From a virus, in the IMG/VR virus record IMGVR_UViG_3300031991_000011, positions 1 to 64,000 of that record: 64,000 nucleotides of DNA, one strand, 5' to 3'. Positions 53,793-63,779 of the stretch are shown here, in pieces. Below the pieces are notes generated by a model. It was not told the origin of the DNA. It made no database searches and saw nothing but the letters and a program-made list of their open reading frames with translations. The translations under genes and the position numbers were made by a program. Numbering within the stretch: position 1 is the first letter of the stretch; each line of letters begins with the position of its first letter.

Positions 53793-55256
53793 TCAACCGT
53801 CGAGCCGCCGCAACTTGCGTTCGACATCCTCTTTTGTGACCCGGACGGCGGCCCGGACGGTAGCCTCTCGGGCGGCCTTGTACTCCTGGCTGTTGATCAC
53901 GTCCTCATCCTTCGTTCCGCGCGCCAGGATGTGTCTCTCGTAGCACCGGAGGGCCGGTTGGCCGGGCCGCGGCAGTCGCATGTTAAATTGGCTGTAGGTC
54001 TCACCTGAGTGCTGCAACCCGTACCAGATCGTGTTGTGTCCGCCGAATTGCAGATTGGTGCCGTGTGAGATCGAGAGCGGGTGCGTGGCGAGGTTCCTGA
54101 TCTTGCCGGCGTTCCAGTCCTTGATCACGTTCTTCCCCGCTTCGTCGAAGAACGTGATCCGCTTTCCGAAGCGCCGACGCATTGCTGCTTTGTCGAATTT
54201 GTAGCTCCATGCGATCAGCGCGTGGTGTCCGTCGAGCGAGTCGAGCAAAGCTTCGAGCGCATCGAGTTTGCATTCGTGGATCGGGATCGCGTTGCCTTTC
54301 TCGCGGTACATCGAGCCGTTTGCGAACTGGAGCAGCTTGTTGGTGAGGACGCCGGAAGTGATGGCCTCCACGTCGTACTTCTCAGAGTAAAGCTCCCGCT
54401 CGAACTTGTTGTACTCGCGCATCACGTCCGGCGGGAGATCGACCCAGATGGTGGTGTCCGGGTGCGAGACGATGGGCGGTAGCTGCAAGTGATCTTCGGC
54501 CCGGAGCGAGATCATCAAGTCTGTGCATCGTTCGATGATCTCCGCCTCAGCACCGGGCCGCGGGTCCATGTCATATCCCATGAAGCCGGTATCGAACCAG
54601 CGTTGCGTGAACGACTCCTTGGAGTGCCCCAGGCGCTCGCCGCCGTCGAGCACATACATGAGGCCCCACAAGTTGTGGACGCCCTCGGGTGACGGGGTTC
54701 CGGTCATTTCGATGATGCGCCAGGACAGCTTGCGAGCGCGAGCCAAGATGCCGAATCGCGAGAGCGGCATCGAACCTGTCCCGCCGCCCGCGCGTTTTGT
54801 GCGTTTCTTTCCGTCCTTGAGCATCGACGCCTCGTCGATGACGATGATGTCCCAGAACCAGCCGGCTTCTCCGCCGACCTCTTTCCAGAGCCATTGCAGG
54901 TTTTCTTTGTTGATGATGTAGAGGAACACGTTGCGGCTCAACTCTCGCCGCCGTTGGGCCGGTGTTCCAACGAGCACCGCGAACTGCTTTCGCAGCGGAC
55001 GAAGGTGACGCCACAGCTTGATCTCGCTCGGCCACGTTTCCGTGGCGACGAGCTTGGGCGCGACGATGAGCACCTTCACTTTTTTGAAGCGCTCGAAGAT
55101 TCGCATGAGGAATGTGAGGACCGCCACGGTCTTTCCGAGCGACATATCGACGGCTACGAGCAGCATCTTAAGCTCGTCGCACATCTCAGTGACGTAGCGC
55201 TGGTAGCCTCGCATCTCGAAATCGAAGCGGACGTGGGGGATGTAGTTCCGCGCCAT
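53793..55256 (-). CDS. SNF2-family helicase
   Basis: motif I DMSLGKT, motif II DEAS, TGTP motif III. Confidence 0.7.
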   Translation of the reverse strand: MARNYIPHVRFDFEMRGYQRYVTEMCDELKMLLVAVDMSLGKTVAVLTFLMRIFERFKKVKVLIVAPKLVATETWPSEIKLWRHLRPLRKQFAVLVGTPAQRRRELSRNVFLYIINKENLQWLWKEVGGEAGWFWDIIVIDEASMLKDGKKRTKRAGGGTGSMPLSRFGILARARKLSWRIIEMTGTPSPEGVHNLWGLMYVLDGGERLGHSKESFTQRWFDTGFMGYDMDPRPGAEAEIIERCTDLMISLRAEDHLQLPPIVSHPDTTIWVDLPPDVMREYNKFERELYSEKYDVEAITSGVLTNKLLQFANGSMYREKGNAIPIHECKLDALEALLDSLDGHHALIAWSYKFDKAAMRRRFGKRITFFDEAGKNVIKDWNAGKIRNLATHPLSISHGTNLQFGGHNTIWYGLQHSGETYSQFNMRLPRPGQPALRCYERHILARGTKDEDVINSQEYKAAREATVRAAVRVTKEDVERKLRRLDG

Positions 55257-55552
55257 TATGCGGCGTACTCTCCGATCTTCAACGCCCGCCGCGCCTCGTC
55301 GTGCGTCTCGCAGACGTGCACCTTGTGGCCGTGCTCGCGGTATTCCTTGATCCGCTTCACTTGGTTTCCGCTGAGCGGTTCACCGATCTTCTTGTACTCG
55401 ATGATCACGACCTCTCCGCGCCGGAAGTGCCACCGGTCAGGGTTTCCGCGTTTGCCGGCGATGATGAGCTTGTGAACGAGATAGCCCGCCCGCTCTGCTT
55501 CGCCACCGGGGCCCGAGATGTCCTCTTCGAGTACGATTTCTTTCTGTGCCAT
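55256..55552 (-). CDS. VRR-NUC domain nuclease
   Basis: IIEYKKIGEPLSGNQVKRIKEYREHGHKVHVCE PD-(D/E)xK pattern; ATG 55552. Confidence 0.55.
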   Translation of the reverse strand: MAQKEIVLEEDISGPGGEAERAGYLVHKLIIAGKRGNPDRWHFRRGEVVIIEYKKIGEPLSGNQVKRIKEYREHGHKVHVCETHDEARRALKIGEYAA

Positions 55553-55554
55553 TA

Positions 55555-57774
55555 TCAATCCTTGATCCACACTTTGCCGATGCTCCCGGCGGCGCCGAGA
55601 GGTAGTTCCTTTTCGGACGCCCATTCCATGGGTTCCGACATGCACTCGATGAGCACCTTAAGCAAGCGCTCCGCTTCCTTCTCCCGCACGACGGCGACGA
55701 TTTCGTCGTGGACGTGGAGCCTGATCTTGCCCTCGCTGCGCGGCACCCGCCGACGAAACCTGCGCATGCCCGTGGCGAGCAGATCGCGCGAAATCGCTTG
55801 GTCCGCGTTCTCGGTGAGTTTGCCGGGGTGCGTCTGGATGCGCGTCCATTTGTTTCGTTCGTCGAGCCCTTCGTAAGTGATCGAATCCTTGATCTTCACC
55901 TTGTCGTAGTTCGGCCGCTTGCAGAGATAGACCGGAAGATATTTCTTCTTGACCTCGCACCACACAAGCTCGACCTCTTCGAGCCGCGGCCGGCAGTAGT
56001 GGAGCGCTCGACCGGAGGGCAACCACATGCGCATGAACGGGCCGCTCTTGTCGAAATAGACTGGCCCGGCGTCGGATTCCTTGCCGGTGCGTAGAGTCCT
56101 CTTCGCGGCCTTCTCGATCTCCCACCAATATTTCACTGCGTCCTGGTATGTGCTGCGCCACACATCGACTGACAGCTTCGCATCTTCGAGCGTGAATTGA
56201 CGGACGCCCATGTTCCATGCGTAGCCGAGCAGCCCGGTCGCCTCGATCTCGCCGGTCTTCTTGTTCTCGTGTTCTTCGCCTGCGGACAGCATGTAGCCAC
56301 AGCCGAGCACGCCCGGCTTCGCGATTGTACGATGGTCCTTTTTGCCTTCGCCCTCTGCGGGCTTGAACCGCTCCCACTCCGTCTCATAGTCCGTGTCGTA
56401 CATGTAGCCGGCGAAGTCGATGTATGGGTCTCGGCCTTTTCGGAAAACGTCGAGGATTCGTTGATCGTCTGCGAGATATCCGAGCACACGGTTTTCGATG
56501 GCGTTCAAATCCGCCGAGATCATCAAGTACCCGTCAGGGGCCTGAATGGTCGGGCGGATCGCAGACGCCAGCATGTCGATGGCGCCGGCGCGGCTGGAGT
56601 ACACTCCGCTGGGTTTGTCGTAGGTCCGCTCCAGTTCACGGTTCGACATTCGCTCAAGAGCGCGAACGAGATCGGGCTGCTCCTTCTCGAAGTCCGGGTG
56701 TGGACGCGAAAGGTTCTGCGGCTGGATGATGCGCCCGCTCCAACGCCATGTGCGCTGCGCGCCCGCGAACTGGAGGCACCCCTGGATGATGTCTTCATTG
56801 AGGTCGCAAGCGCGCTCCATTGCGTAGTATTTGTCTGTGCTGGTGCGCGCAACTTCTGCCCGTAGAGTCAGGACTTCTCGGCACACCTTCGACATGTGCG
56901 GGTCTTCCGCCGCCCGCTTTACGTGACCGGCTTTGAGGTCGTCGAAGCGATAGCCGTGCGCCTGCAACCAGTCGAGCAGTTGCGGGCCCGAGCGCGGGTT
57001 TTCGATGCCGGTGATCTCGCGCATGCGCGCATATCGCTTAGTGCGAATGTATTCGGTGAACTCGATGGCGCGCTCGACGACGCGCATGTTGACCGGGATT
57101 CCGTCTCGGTTGATTTCCTGGTCGAGCGCCCACAGTTCCCACTCGTGTGCAGGCAAATCCCACTTTCGTATGCGCCGGTAGATCGCGCGCTCCGCCACGA
57201 TGTCCTGGCGGTTGTACTCTTTGAACTCTTCCCACTCCTCGGGGTGCGTGTCGAAAGTGTTCCACTCCCACGGCATCGTTTTCGTGGGCTTGCGCGGCTG
57301 ACAGAACCGGCGGATCAACTGCTTGCCGCGACCGTCTTTCAACTTGTCCATCGGCAGATCGACAATGGGGCCGGCGTGTTCGAGCTTGCCGGGGAAGGAT
57401 AGCGTCATGCCGTGCACCATCGTGCACCGCCATTCGTCGAAGAAGACCTCTTCTTCGAGCACGTCTTCCCAGATCGCCAACTCGAATGCTGCGTTCCACG
57501 AGCGCTTGATCACCTTGGGGTCGCGCAGGCCGTCGATCAAATCGCGCGGCATCTTCTGCCGCTCGGCCGGCACCCACTGCTCGACCGGGCCGTCGTCGAA
57601 AGCGTAAGCGTTCATAAGGACGCGGGTGCTGGGGTCTCGGGCATAACGACGCCCACCGACCTTTCGGATGTCGGCGCGAGATCGAGTCTCGAAGTCGTTG
57701 AATAGGATCGTCACCGCACGCGCCCCGTGCTCGGCGGGTATTTCCGAATCGGTCTGCCGGCCGCGGCCTGCCAT
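55555..57774 (-). CDS. DNA polymerase I-like (family A) with 3'-5' exonuclease
   Basis: Exo I FNDFETRS; motif A SADLNAIENRVL; motif B RTIAKPGVLGCGY; motif C VHDEIVAVV; start uncertain (57774 / 57867 / GTG 57933). Confidence 0.75.
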   Translation of the reverse strand: MAGRGRQTDSEIPAEHGARAVTILFNDFETRSRADIRKVGGRRYARDPSTRVLMNAYAFDDGPVEQWVPAERQKMPRDLIDGLRDPKVIKRSWNAAFELAIWEDVLEEEVFFDEWRCTMVHGMTLSFPGKLEHAGPIVDLPMDKLKDGRGKQLIRRFCQPRKPTKTMPWEWNTFDTHPEEWEEFKEYNRQDIVAERAIYRRIRKWDLPAHEWELWALDQEINRDGIPVNMRVVERAIEFTEYIRTKRYARMREITGIENPRSGPQLLDWLQAHGYRFDDLKAGHVKRAAEDPHMSKVCREVLTLRAEVARTSTDKYYAMERACDLNEDIIQGCLQFAGAQRTWRWSGRIIQPQNLSRPHPDFEKEQPDLVRALERMSNRELERTYDKPSGVYSSRAGAIDMLASAIRPTIQAPDGYLMISADLNAIENRVLGYLADDQRILDVFRKGRDPYIDFAGYMYDTDYETEWERFKPAEGEGKKDHRTIAKPGVLGCGYMLSAGEEHENKKTGEIEATGLLGYAWNMGVRQFTLEDAKLSVDVWRSTYQDAVKYWWEIEKAAKRTLRTGKESDAGPVYFDKSGPFMRMWLPSGRALHYCRPRLEEVELVWCEVKKKYLPVYLCKRPNYDKVKIKDSITYEGLDERNKWTRIQTHPGKLTENADQAISRDLLATGMRRFRRRVPRSEGKIRLHVHDEIVAVVREKEAERLLKVLIECMSEPMEWASEKELPLGAAGSIGKVWIKD

Positions 57775-57960
57775 TGTCGCCGCTGTAGCGAATAGCGCCG
57801 TTGTTTCGGGCTCATCTCGATCAGTTTGATGAAGTCGTCGTAGGTCATTTCTTTGAGCAACCACCATCCGCTGGGCGGGGTCAGCGCGTGCGCTGCAAGG
57901 CCGATGAACCACCGGCTTACGCCGGTGGTCCACCGCACCACTGTGTTTGCTAGATCGCTA

Positions 57961-58740
57961 TTAGTCGTCATCGCGCGAACGACGCCGGCGCGAGCCACCG
58001 TCATCGTCGTCGCGAGACCGGCCGCGCGCCGGGCGATCATCTTCCTCGTCGTCGCGACCGCGAGCACGAGAGCGCGCCGTGGGCTCGTCCTCGTCGGCAT
58101 CGCGCGAACGACGGCTGGAGCGAGCGGGACGCTCCTCCTCGTCGTCGTCGCGCGAACGACGGCTGGAGCGAGCGGGACGCTCCTCCTCGTCGTCGTCGCC
58201 GTAGTCCTTGAAGTGCGAGTCGTAGTCCACCGGCGCAGGGCCGAAGGCGTCGCCTTCACGGAAGAACTGCACAGCTTCGAGCGAGGCGTTGACCTGATCC
58301 TGGTAGGAATCATAGGCGTAGACGCGCACGATAGCGTTGACGAAGCACCCGCCATAGGGTTTGCCCGACTTCGCCGTCAGCGGACGCTTGTTGCGCCCGA
58401 TGACAACAGGAGGCTTGTTTTCCGGCGCGGCGGCCTTCAAGACCATGCAGCCTTGATATTCGTCCTTGTCGGTATCGTCGCCGTCGATGAAGCAGAGGTT
58501 GTCGTCCTTGATCTTGATCTTCTTGCCCCACTTCGCGACCATCGCGGCGTCGATGGCGTCCCACACGGCGTCGATGAGATCGGCGTGCTTCTTCTTGTCG
58601 AGAATGAACGCGGCCGTGAATCGGGGCTTGGAGGTCTTGTCGCGCTGGAAGGCGCGGGGCTCGAACAGGTGAGGGTGAGAGAGGCGAACATCTTCGAGCG
58701 TAACTTCGATGTTGCCGTTGTCGTTGGCTTTCTTGGCCAT
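57961..58740 (-). CDS. DUF2815-family ssDNA-binding protein with acidic/RS-rich C-terminal repeats
   Basis: EVTLEDVRLSHPHLFEPRAFQ...KPRFTAAFILDKK matches the DUF2815 N-terminus; ATG 58740 after GGAGA RBS. Confidence 0.6.
   Translation of the reverse strand: MAKKANDNGNIEVTLEDVRLSHPHLFEPRAFQRDKTSKPRFTAAFILDKKKHADLIDAVWDAIDAAMVAKWGKKIKIKDDNLCFIDGDDTDKDEYQGCMVLKAAAPENKPPVVIGRNKRPLTAKSGKPYGGCFVNAIVRVYAYDSYQDQVNASLEAVQFFREGDAFGPAPVDYDSHFKDYGDDDEEERPARSSRRSRDDDEEERPARSSRRSRDADEDEPTARSRARGRDDEEDDRPARGRSRDDDDGGSRRRRSRDDD
58101..58196. repeat. perfect 2 x 48-nt tandem repeat in SSB C-terminal tail
   Basis: cgcgcgaacgacggctggagcgagcgggacgctcctcctcgtcgtcgt twice; encodes DDDEEERPARSSRRSR x2. Confidence 0.8.
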
Positions 58741-58825
58741 CTTACAGTCTCCAGTTTGCGGTTTTACGGTTTCAGTCCCTTTCGGGATTCGCACCATCAG
58801 CCCGTGCGTCGGCCTTGTCAACGGG

Positions 58826-60103
58826 TCAGTCCTCCTCGTCCTCGAACTCGTCGAATCTCTCTTGATACGACGCCAATGCGGGCCTCGGGTCCGTGTCCGG
58901 CACGAGCACCGGCTTCCCGTCTTTTTGCACTATGATGGGGCAGATCAGCGGCGGCTTCTTCGGTTTGCGCTTCCGCGGCGGTGGTTCCGTCTCGTAGATT
59001 TTTCGTCCAAGCAACTTTTCTGCGGCGGCCGGCGAGATCAGCTTCCGCGGGGCCCACAAGCTCGCGCCTGCGGGCAGAACGTCGTCGAGCCAGTCTTCCG
59101 CGGCCTCTTCGTCGCGCCAGCCCCGTATGCCTGCGCGCCCTTGCACCGCCTTCTTGCCGCCGCCAGGGAGGCCGCGCATGCAATCGTTGATGTGGTCGGC
59201 GTGCAGCCTGTTGAGCCACTGTTTCAGCGCCGGTGCTTGATCGAGAATCCGGGCCCGTGTTTCTGGGTCCATGCGCATCGGGTCGGGCAGCTTCGGCGGC
59301 GGCGAGTCGTCCTCGTAGTCCTTGAACTTCGCGCCGTACTTCGCGAGATTCCATTCGTCGTAAGCGCGGCAATGTCCGTTGATCGCGGCCTTGCAGTATC
59401 CGCATTGCTTGTCGCCCGGCGTCCGCTTTGCGTCGCGCTCGTAGGTACGCTCGCCTCGGTCGGCGACCTCTTCCATCCAGTCCATGAGATCACGGAAGGT
59501 GATCTCAAACTCTCCGCCGCCGCCTTCGTTGCGCGGCTGGTCGATGATGATGCGGAACGTCGGTTTCTCGCCTCGGGGCCAAATAGCCTTGGCGACCGTC
59601 TCCCAGAAGCCGGCGGCGTAGATTTTCAGTTGCGCGTTGTCCTCGGCGCGCACGGGCAAACCCTTGCCGTACTTGAGGTCGCGGATGATGATGAGATTCT
59701 GTTGCGGGAGCAGGATTCCAACGTCGAGCGTGCCGAACTGCTTCGGCAGCCACCGGTCGAGCTTCACGCGCGTTTCGTAGAATTGCTGGCCGCCGGTGTC
59801 GAGGATTTCGTCGATGATCGGCTGCAAGAACTCCACCATCTCGTCGTTGACGGTGATCTCGAACTTCTTGCCGTCGCGAACCCGACGCCCTTGCTTGTCC
59901 TCTTCGTAGATCGTGAACACGCGACCGTGGAAGTCTGCGGCGTCGAATCCGTAGGTCAAGCACAACTCTTGCACCTTGTGCGCTACAGTGCCTTCCGCGG
60001 ACCACAGGCTCAGATCGTCGGGCTCGTCGGCCTCCGCGGCTACGCTGCCGGCGCAGCGCATCCAGCGGTCGGCAGAGGATGGTGCGAGGCGTGCGTGAGC
60101 CAT
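58826..60103 (-). CDS. DUF2800-family PD-(D/E)xK nuclease (Cas4-like)
   Basis: IIIRDLKYGKG catalytic D-x-K context, C-terminal CGYCKAAINGHC Cys cluster. Confidence 0.65.
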   Translation of the reverse strand: MAHARLAPSSADRWMRCAGSVAAEADEPDDLSLWSAEGTVAHKVQELCLTYGFDAADFHGRVFTIYEEDKQGRRVRDGKKFEITVNDEMVEFLQPIIDEILDTGGQQFYETRVKLDRWLPKQFGTLDVGILLPQQNLIIIRDLKYGKGLPVRAEDNAQLKIYAAGFWETVAKAIWPRGEKPTFRIIIDQPRNEGGGGEFEITFRDLMDWMEEVADRGERTYERDAKRTPGDKQCGYCKAAINGHCRAYDEWNLAKYGAKFKDYEDDSPPPKLPDPMRMDPETRARILDQAPALKQWLNRLHADHINDCMRGLPGGGKKAVQGRAGIRGWRDEEAAEDWLDDVLPAGASLWAPRKLISPAAAEKLLGRKIYETEPPPRKRKPKKPPLICPIIVQKDGKPVLVPDTDPRPALASYQERFDEFEDEED

Positions 60104-60232
60104 TGTGTTCCTCTTGAAGGACGCCCGCCGGTGTTCGCGGCACCGGCGGGGTCCGAGTGCCCGCGCCTGGGCACTCTAGTGGGCGTGCAGCTTAATGCGA
60201 GGGCCCGGTCAAGCCCACCGCACGCCCGGTGA

Positions 60233-60787
60233 TCAAGCGCCGAAGTTGACTTTCTTGCCGGCCTTCTTGTCGGCCAGCCAGTCGAGGACTTGCTGGTAGT
60301 CCTCTTCCTTGATGTCGGTCAGCTTGTCGGCGCCGAGTTCGTCGTACATCGAGTCGAGGAAGTCGCGACGCTCCTCCTCTTCCTGCGAGTCGTCCGTCTG
60401 GATGAAGGTCGTGACGGCGGCGCGGATGTCGGCGAGCTTCGGTTCTTTCTTCTTCGCCGGCTTGTCGTCGGCGGCAGCGCGGCGGCTGCTGCGGCGCGGC
60501 TCGTCGGCTTCCTTCTCGTCAGCCTTCTCCTCGCGACGGCCGCGGCGCGGTGCGGGTTCCTCGGCCTCGTCAGCCTTGCGGTCGCGCGAACGGCGCGGCG
60601 CAGGCTCTTCGGCGTCGTCGGCCTTCTCGTCGCGCGAGCGGCGGGAGGTCCGGGGTTCCGCCTCGTCGGCTTCCTTGGTCTCGATGGCTTTGAGGGCCTT
60701 GCCTTGGGCCGCGGCGATCTTTTCGAGCGCCGCAGTATTGGCCTCGACCGCCGCATGGAGGTCGAGAATTGCTTTTTCAAGTGACAT
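60233..60787 (-). CDS. hypothetical protein with acidic/Arg-Ser repeats
   Basis: EEPAPRRSRDRKADEAEEPAPRRGRREEKADE imperfect repeats. Confidence 0.4.
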   Translation of the reverse strand: MSLEKAILDLHAAVEANTAALEKIAAAQGKALKAIETKEADEAEPRTSRRSRDEKADDAEEPAPRRSRDRKADEAEEPAPRRGRREEKADEKEADEPRRSSRRAAADDKPAKKKEPKLADIRAAVTTFIQTDDSQEEEERRDFLDSMYDELGADKLTDIKEEDYQQVLDWLADKKAGKKVNFGA

Positions 60788-60957
60788 GGGGTCTCCTGTG
60801 TGGCGCTCGGGTTATGAGATGCGCTCGATGTTTGTGACTGTCGTTTATTCTCAAGTCAACCGGTCGTTGGACTAAAATTCTTTGGATGGCGCTGACCCGT
60901 TGACTCTCCAAAGTTGTCCTGCCATCGATTGGTTCCGTTTTCAAGAGGAGCCCCCGA
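60788..60957. promoter_or_regulatory. divergent promoter/operator region
   Basis: 170-bp gap between divergent genes; several GTTGAC-like boxes (gtcaaccggtcgttggac, ccgttgactctcc). Confidence 0.4.
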
Positions 60958-61236
60958 ATGGCCACCAAGAGAAAGCCTGCTGCTGGGAAACACCGTTTTT
61001 CCGAACCAAAGGGCAAGCTCCACGTTCTTCTGGCTCGCGCGTTCCCGGAACACCGGACGGCGACCTACGACCTCTTCGACATCGCATGGCTTGCGCAAAA
61101 GCTCAAGGTCACGGATGAAGCAGTCTATGTGTGGCTGCGCAACGACAAGCTGCCCTCGCTGGCGCGTGCTCGCGACATCCTCAAAATCCGCGGCTGCCGT
61201 GTTGATATCGACGACCTCCTGCCGTTTGTGCCCTGA
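60958..61236 (+). CDS. small DNA-binding protein (regulator/excisionase-like)
   Basis: 92-aa basic protein as first gene of the rightward operon. Confidence 0.4.
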   Translation: MATKRKPAAGKHRFSEPKGKLHVLLARAFPEHRTATYDLFDIAWLAQKLKVTDEAVYVWLRNDKLPSLARARDILKIRGCRVDIDDLLPFVP

Positions 61237-61259
61237 CCACAAGACCTAGGGGTCTCTCC

Positions 61260-63779
61260 TTGTCACACCCACAATGGGGGCCGCCTCGGCGGTCAACGCC
61301 CAAGCTGTCCCTCATGCTAGAAGAAGCGCTCGATCTCGTATCCCGCGGCGTCGCATGCCATTGGCTTCGTCACCACCAGAAGGCGCCGATTGACGAGGGT
61401 TGGCAGAAGGCGCCGATACCGAAGCCGGCCGCGCTGCGCGCCGCCTATCGAGACGGCTACAACCTCGGCTTCCGGCCGGGCGAGTTCTCGGAGGTCGCGG
61501 ACGGCCTGTTCCTCTACGTCATCGACGTGGACGTGAAGGGCGGGCCCGAGGACGAGGACGAAGCCTATGACGAACTTGCCCGCATTTTGCCGGATTGGAA
61601 GAAATTCCCCTTCGTCAACAGCGGAAGAGGGGGCGGTTCTGCCCACATCTACGTCGTTTCGGCAAAATCCTACCCATCGAAGATTCTGGCAAAGAGCGGA
61701 CGGAAGGTTAAGTGGACCGATGGCTCGGGCAAGGTCCGCGAATCGAACGCCTGGGAGATCGAACGCCTGGGCACCGGCAAGAATTGCGTGCTCCCGCCCT
61801 CGATCCACCCAGACACCGGCCGCGCCTACCAGTGGGGTCGAGAGATCGACTGGGACGCCCTCGACGCTATCGAGGTAGACGACGAGATCGATGACCCGGA
61901 TGACGACGGGGGCGGGGGCGGTGGTGCCGATATCCAGTTCCCCGACCGGCGCCGGCGCGGGGACGACGACACCGCCTCGCTCTCCGAGATCAATCAGCGC
62001 AAGAAGTGCAACCTCGGGCTCGACGAGGCGTGGGAATACCTGCTCGATCTCCCGCTCAGCAAGTGGTGCTTCAATCGCGAGGGCTGGCTCGACGTGGGCA
62101 TGGCGCTCCACCATGAGTTCGACGGCTCGCAGGAAGGTCTCGAACTATGGCACGCCTTCTCGAAGCTCGAACCTGACAAGTATTGGGAGGGCGGGCCCGA
62201 ATATCTCGACGAGCGGTGGGTGAAGTTCGGCACCGACCGGTCCCGGCGTCCGGTGACAATGCGCACCATCATCAACGGCGGCGCGCACACTCGGCTCAGG
62301 CGGGACCACAACGGTGCCGAGCCCGACGATCCGATGACGGAGACCGAGGACGACGATGCGTGGCTCTCTCGGCTGACTTTGAACGACAAGGGCGAAGTCC
62401 GGCCCACCAGCGACAACATCGAACTGATCCTCGCGAACGACGTGCGCTTCCGCAGCACCTTCGCGAAAAACCGCTTCATTGAAGACGTTTGCGTGCGAAA
62501 CGAGCCCCCGATGAAGATGGCGCGCTCGGAGAAGCGCCAGGGGCAGATGCGACAACTCGACTCGTGGCTTTGGAAGCTTTCGGAGATCGAGCAGCGCGAG
62601 GGCCGGCCGATAGAGGACGATCATCTCGACGAACTGCGGGTGCTCATCGAATCGCCGGTGAAGCGCGGCGGCTATGGCGTCCGTGTGAGTGATCGAGACC
62701 TCCGCGCCGCGCTGGCGATGCAGGCCAACAAGAACGCCTTCCACCCGGTGCAGGATTTCCTCAACACGCTGGAGTGGGACGGAAAGAAGCGCCTCGACTA
62801 CGTTTTCATCGACTATCTGGGCTGCGACGACGACGCCTACCATCGTCAAACCTGTCGCCTGCTTTTTCTCGCCGCGGTGACGCGCGCCTTCCAGCATGGG
62901 CACAAGTTCGACTACGTGCCGATTCTCGAAGGCCCGCAGGGCATTCGCAAGTCGAGCTTCGTGAAGGTGATCGGGCGCGATTGGTATGTCGAGCTTGACT
63001 GCCCGTTCGATGATCCGAAGCGCGTCGTCGAGACCTTGGTCGGCCAGTGGGTCGCCGAGATTCCCGAACTCCAGCAATTCAGCCGCGCCGAGGTCGCCGC
63101 GATCAAGGCGTTCTTCTCGAAGGGCGAGGAGAAGGTGCGTGAGGCTTACGGCCGCAAGGCCAAGCGCTTCCTGCGCCAGAGCGTCTACGTCGGCACCACG
63201 AACGACCGCGAATATCTGCGAGACCCGACCGGCAACCGGCGGTTCTGGCCGATCCAGTGCCGCGTTGCTCAGATCGACACCGACCGGCTCGAACGCAACA
63301 TCAAGCAGATTTGGGCCGAGGCCGTCGCGCGCTATCGCGAACTGGCGTCGGACTACCCGCCCGGCAAGCTGCCGCTCTTCCTCACCGGCGAGGCCAAGAC
63401 CACGGCGCTCACCCTCCAGGAATCTCGGGTCGTCGAGACCCAGACCCAGGGCTGGGCCGGCGAGATCATGGCCTGGGCCGACACCCGCGTGCGGCTCTCG
63501 GAGGTCGAAGGTCTCGGGGAGGATTTCAAGCGCGCGGACGGCCCGGACCCCCTCGTGAAAAGGGAAATGATCTGCGGCTATCAGGTCTGGCTCGAAGTCA
63601 TGAAAGGCACCCGCGAAGCCTACGGCCGCGGCAACTCGCTCAAGGTGATCGAGGCCATCCGGGCGACCGGGGCGTGGGAGGACGCAGGGCGTCAGCGCAT
63701 GCCGGTGTACGGGTTGCAGCGCGTATTCGTTCGGGCGAAAAGGCCGCGTCGAAGCACGGCCGATCTGCTCGGAGAGTGA
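61260..63779 (+). CDS. primase-polymerase (PrimPol N-domain) fused to VirE/P4-type primase C-terminal domain
   Basis: CVLPPSIHPDTGRAYQW PrimPol-like motif; C-terminal ...GTTNDREYLRDPTGNRRFWPI VirE signature. Confidence 0.6.
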   Translation: MSHPQWGPPRRSTPKLSLMLEEALDLVSRGVACHWLRHHQKAPIDEGWQKAPIPKPAALRAAYRDGYNLGFRPGEFSEVADGLFLYVIDVDVKGGPEDEDEAYDELARILPDWKKFPFVNSGRGGGSAHIYVVSAKSYPSKILAKSGRKVKWTDGSGKVRESNAWEIERLGTGKNCVLPPSIHPDTGRAYQWGREIDWDALDAIEVDDEIDDPDDDGGGGGGADIQFPDRRRRGDDDTASLSEINQRKKCNLGLDEAWEYLLDLPLSKWCFNREGWLDVGMALHHEFDGSQEGLELWHAFSKLEPDKYWEGGPEYLDERWVKFGTDRSRRPVTMRTIINGGAHTRLRRDHNGAEPDDPMTETEDDDAWLSRLTLNDKGEVRPTSDNIELILANDVRFRSTFAKNRFIEDVCVRNEPPMKMARSEKRQGQMRQLDSWLWKLSEIEQREGRPIEDDHLDELRVLIESPVKRGGYGVRVSDRDLRAALAMQANKNAFHPVQDFLNTLEWDGKKRLDYVFIDYLGCDDDAYHRQTCRLLFLAAVTRAFQHGHKFDYVPILEGPQGIRKSSFVKVIGRDWYVELDCPFDDPKRVVETLVGQWVAEIPELQQFSRAEVAAIKAFFSKGEEKVREAYGRKAKRFLRQSVYVGTTNDREYLRDPTGNRRFWPIQCRVAQIDTDRLERNIKQIWAEAVARYRELASDYPPGKLPLFLTGEAKTTALTLQESRVVETQTQGWAGEIMAWADTRVRLSEVEGLGEDFKRADGPDPLVKREMICGYQVWLEVMKGTREAYGRGNSLKVIEAIRATGAWEDAGRQRMPVYGLQRVFVRAKRPRRSTADLLGE

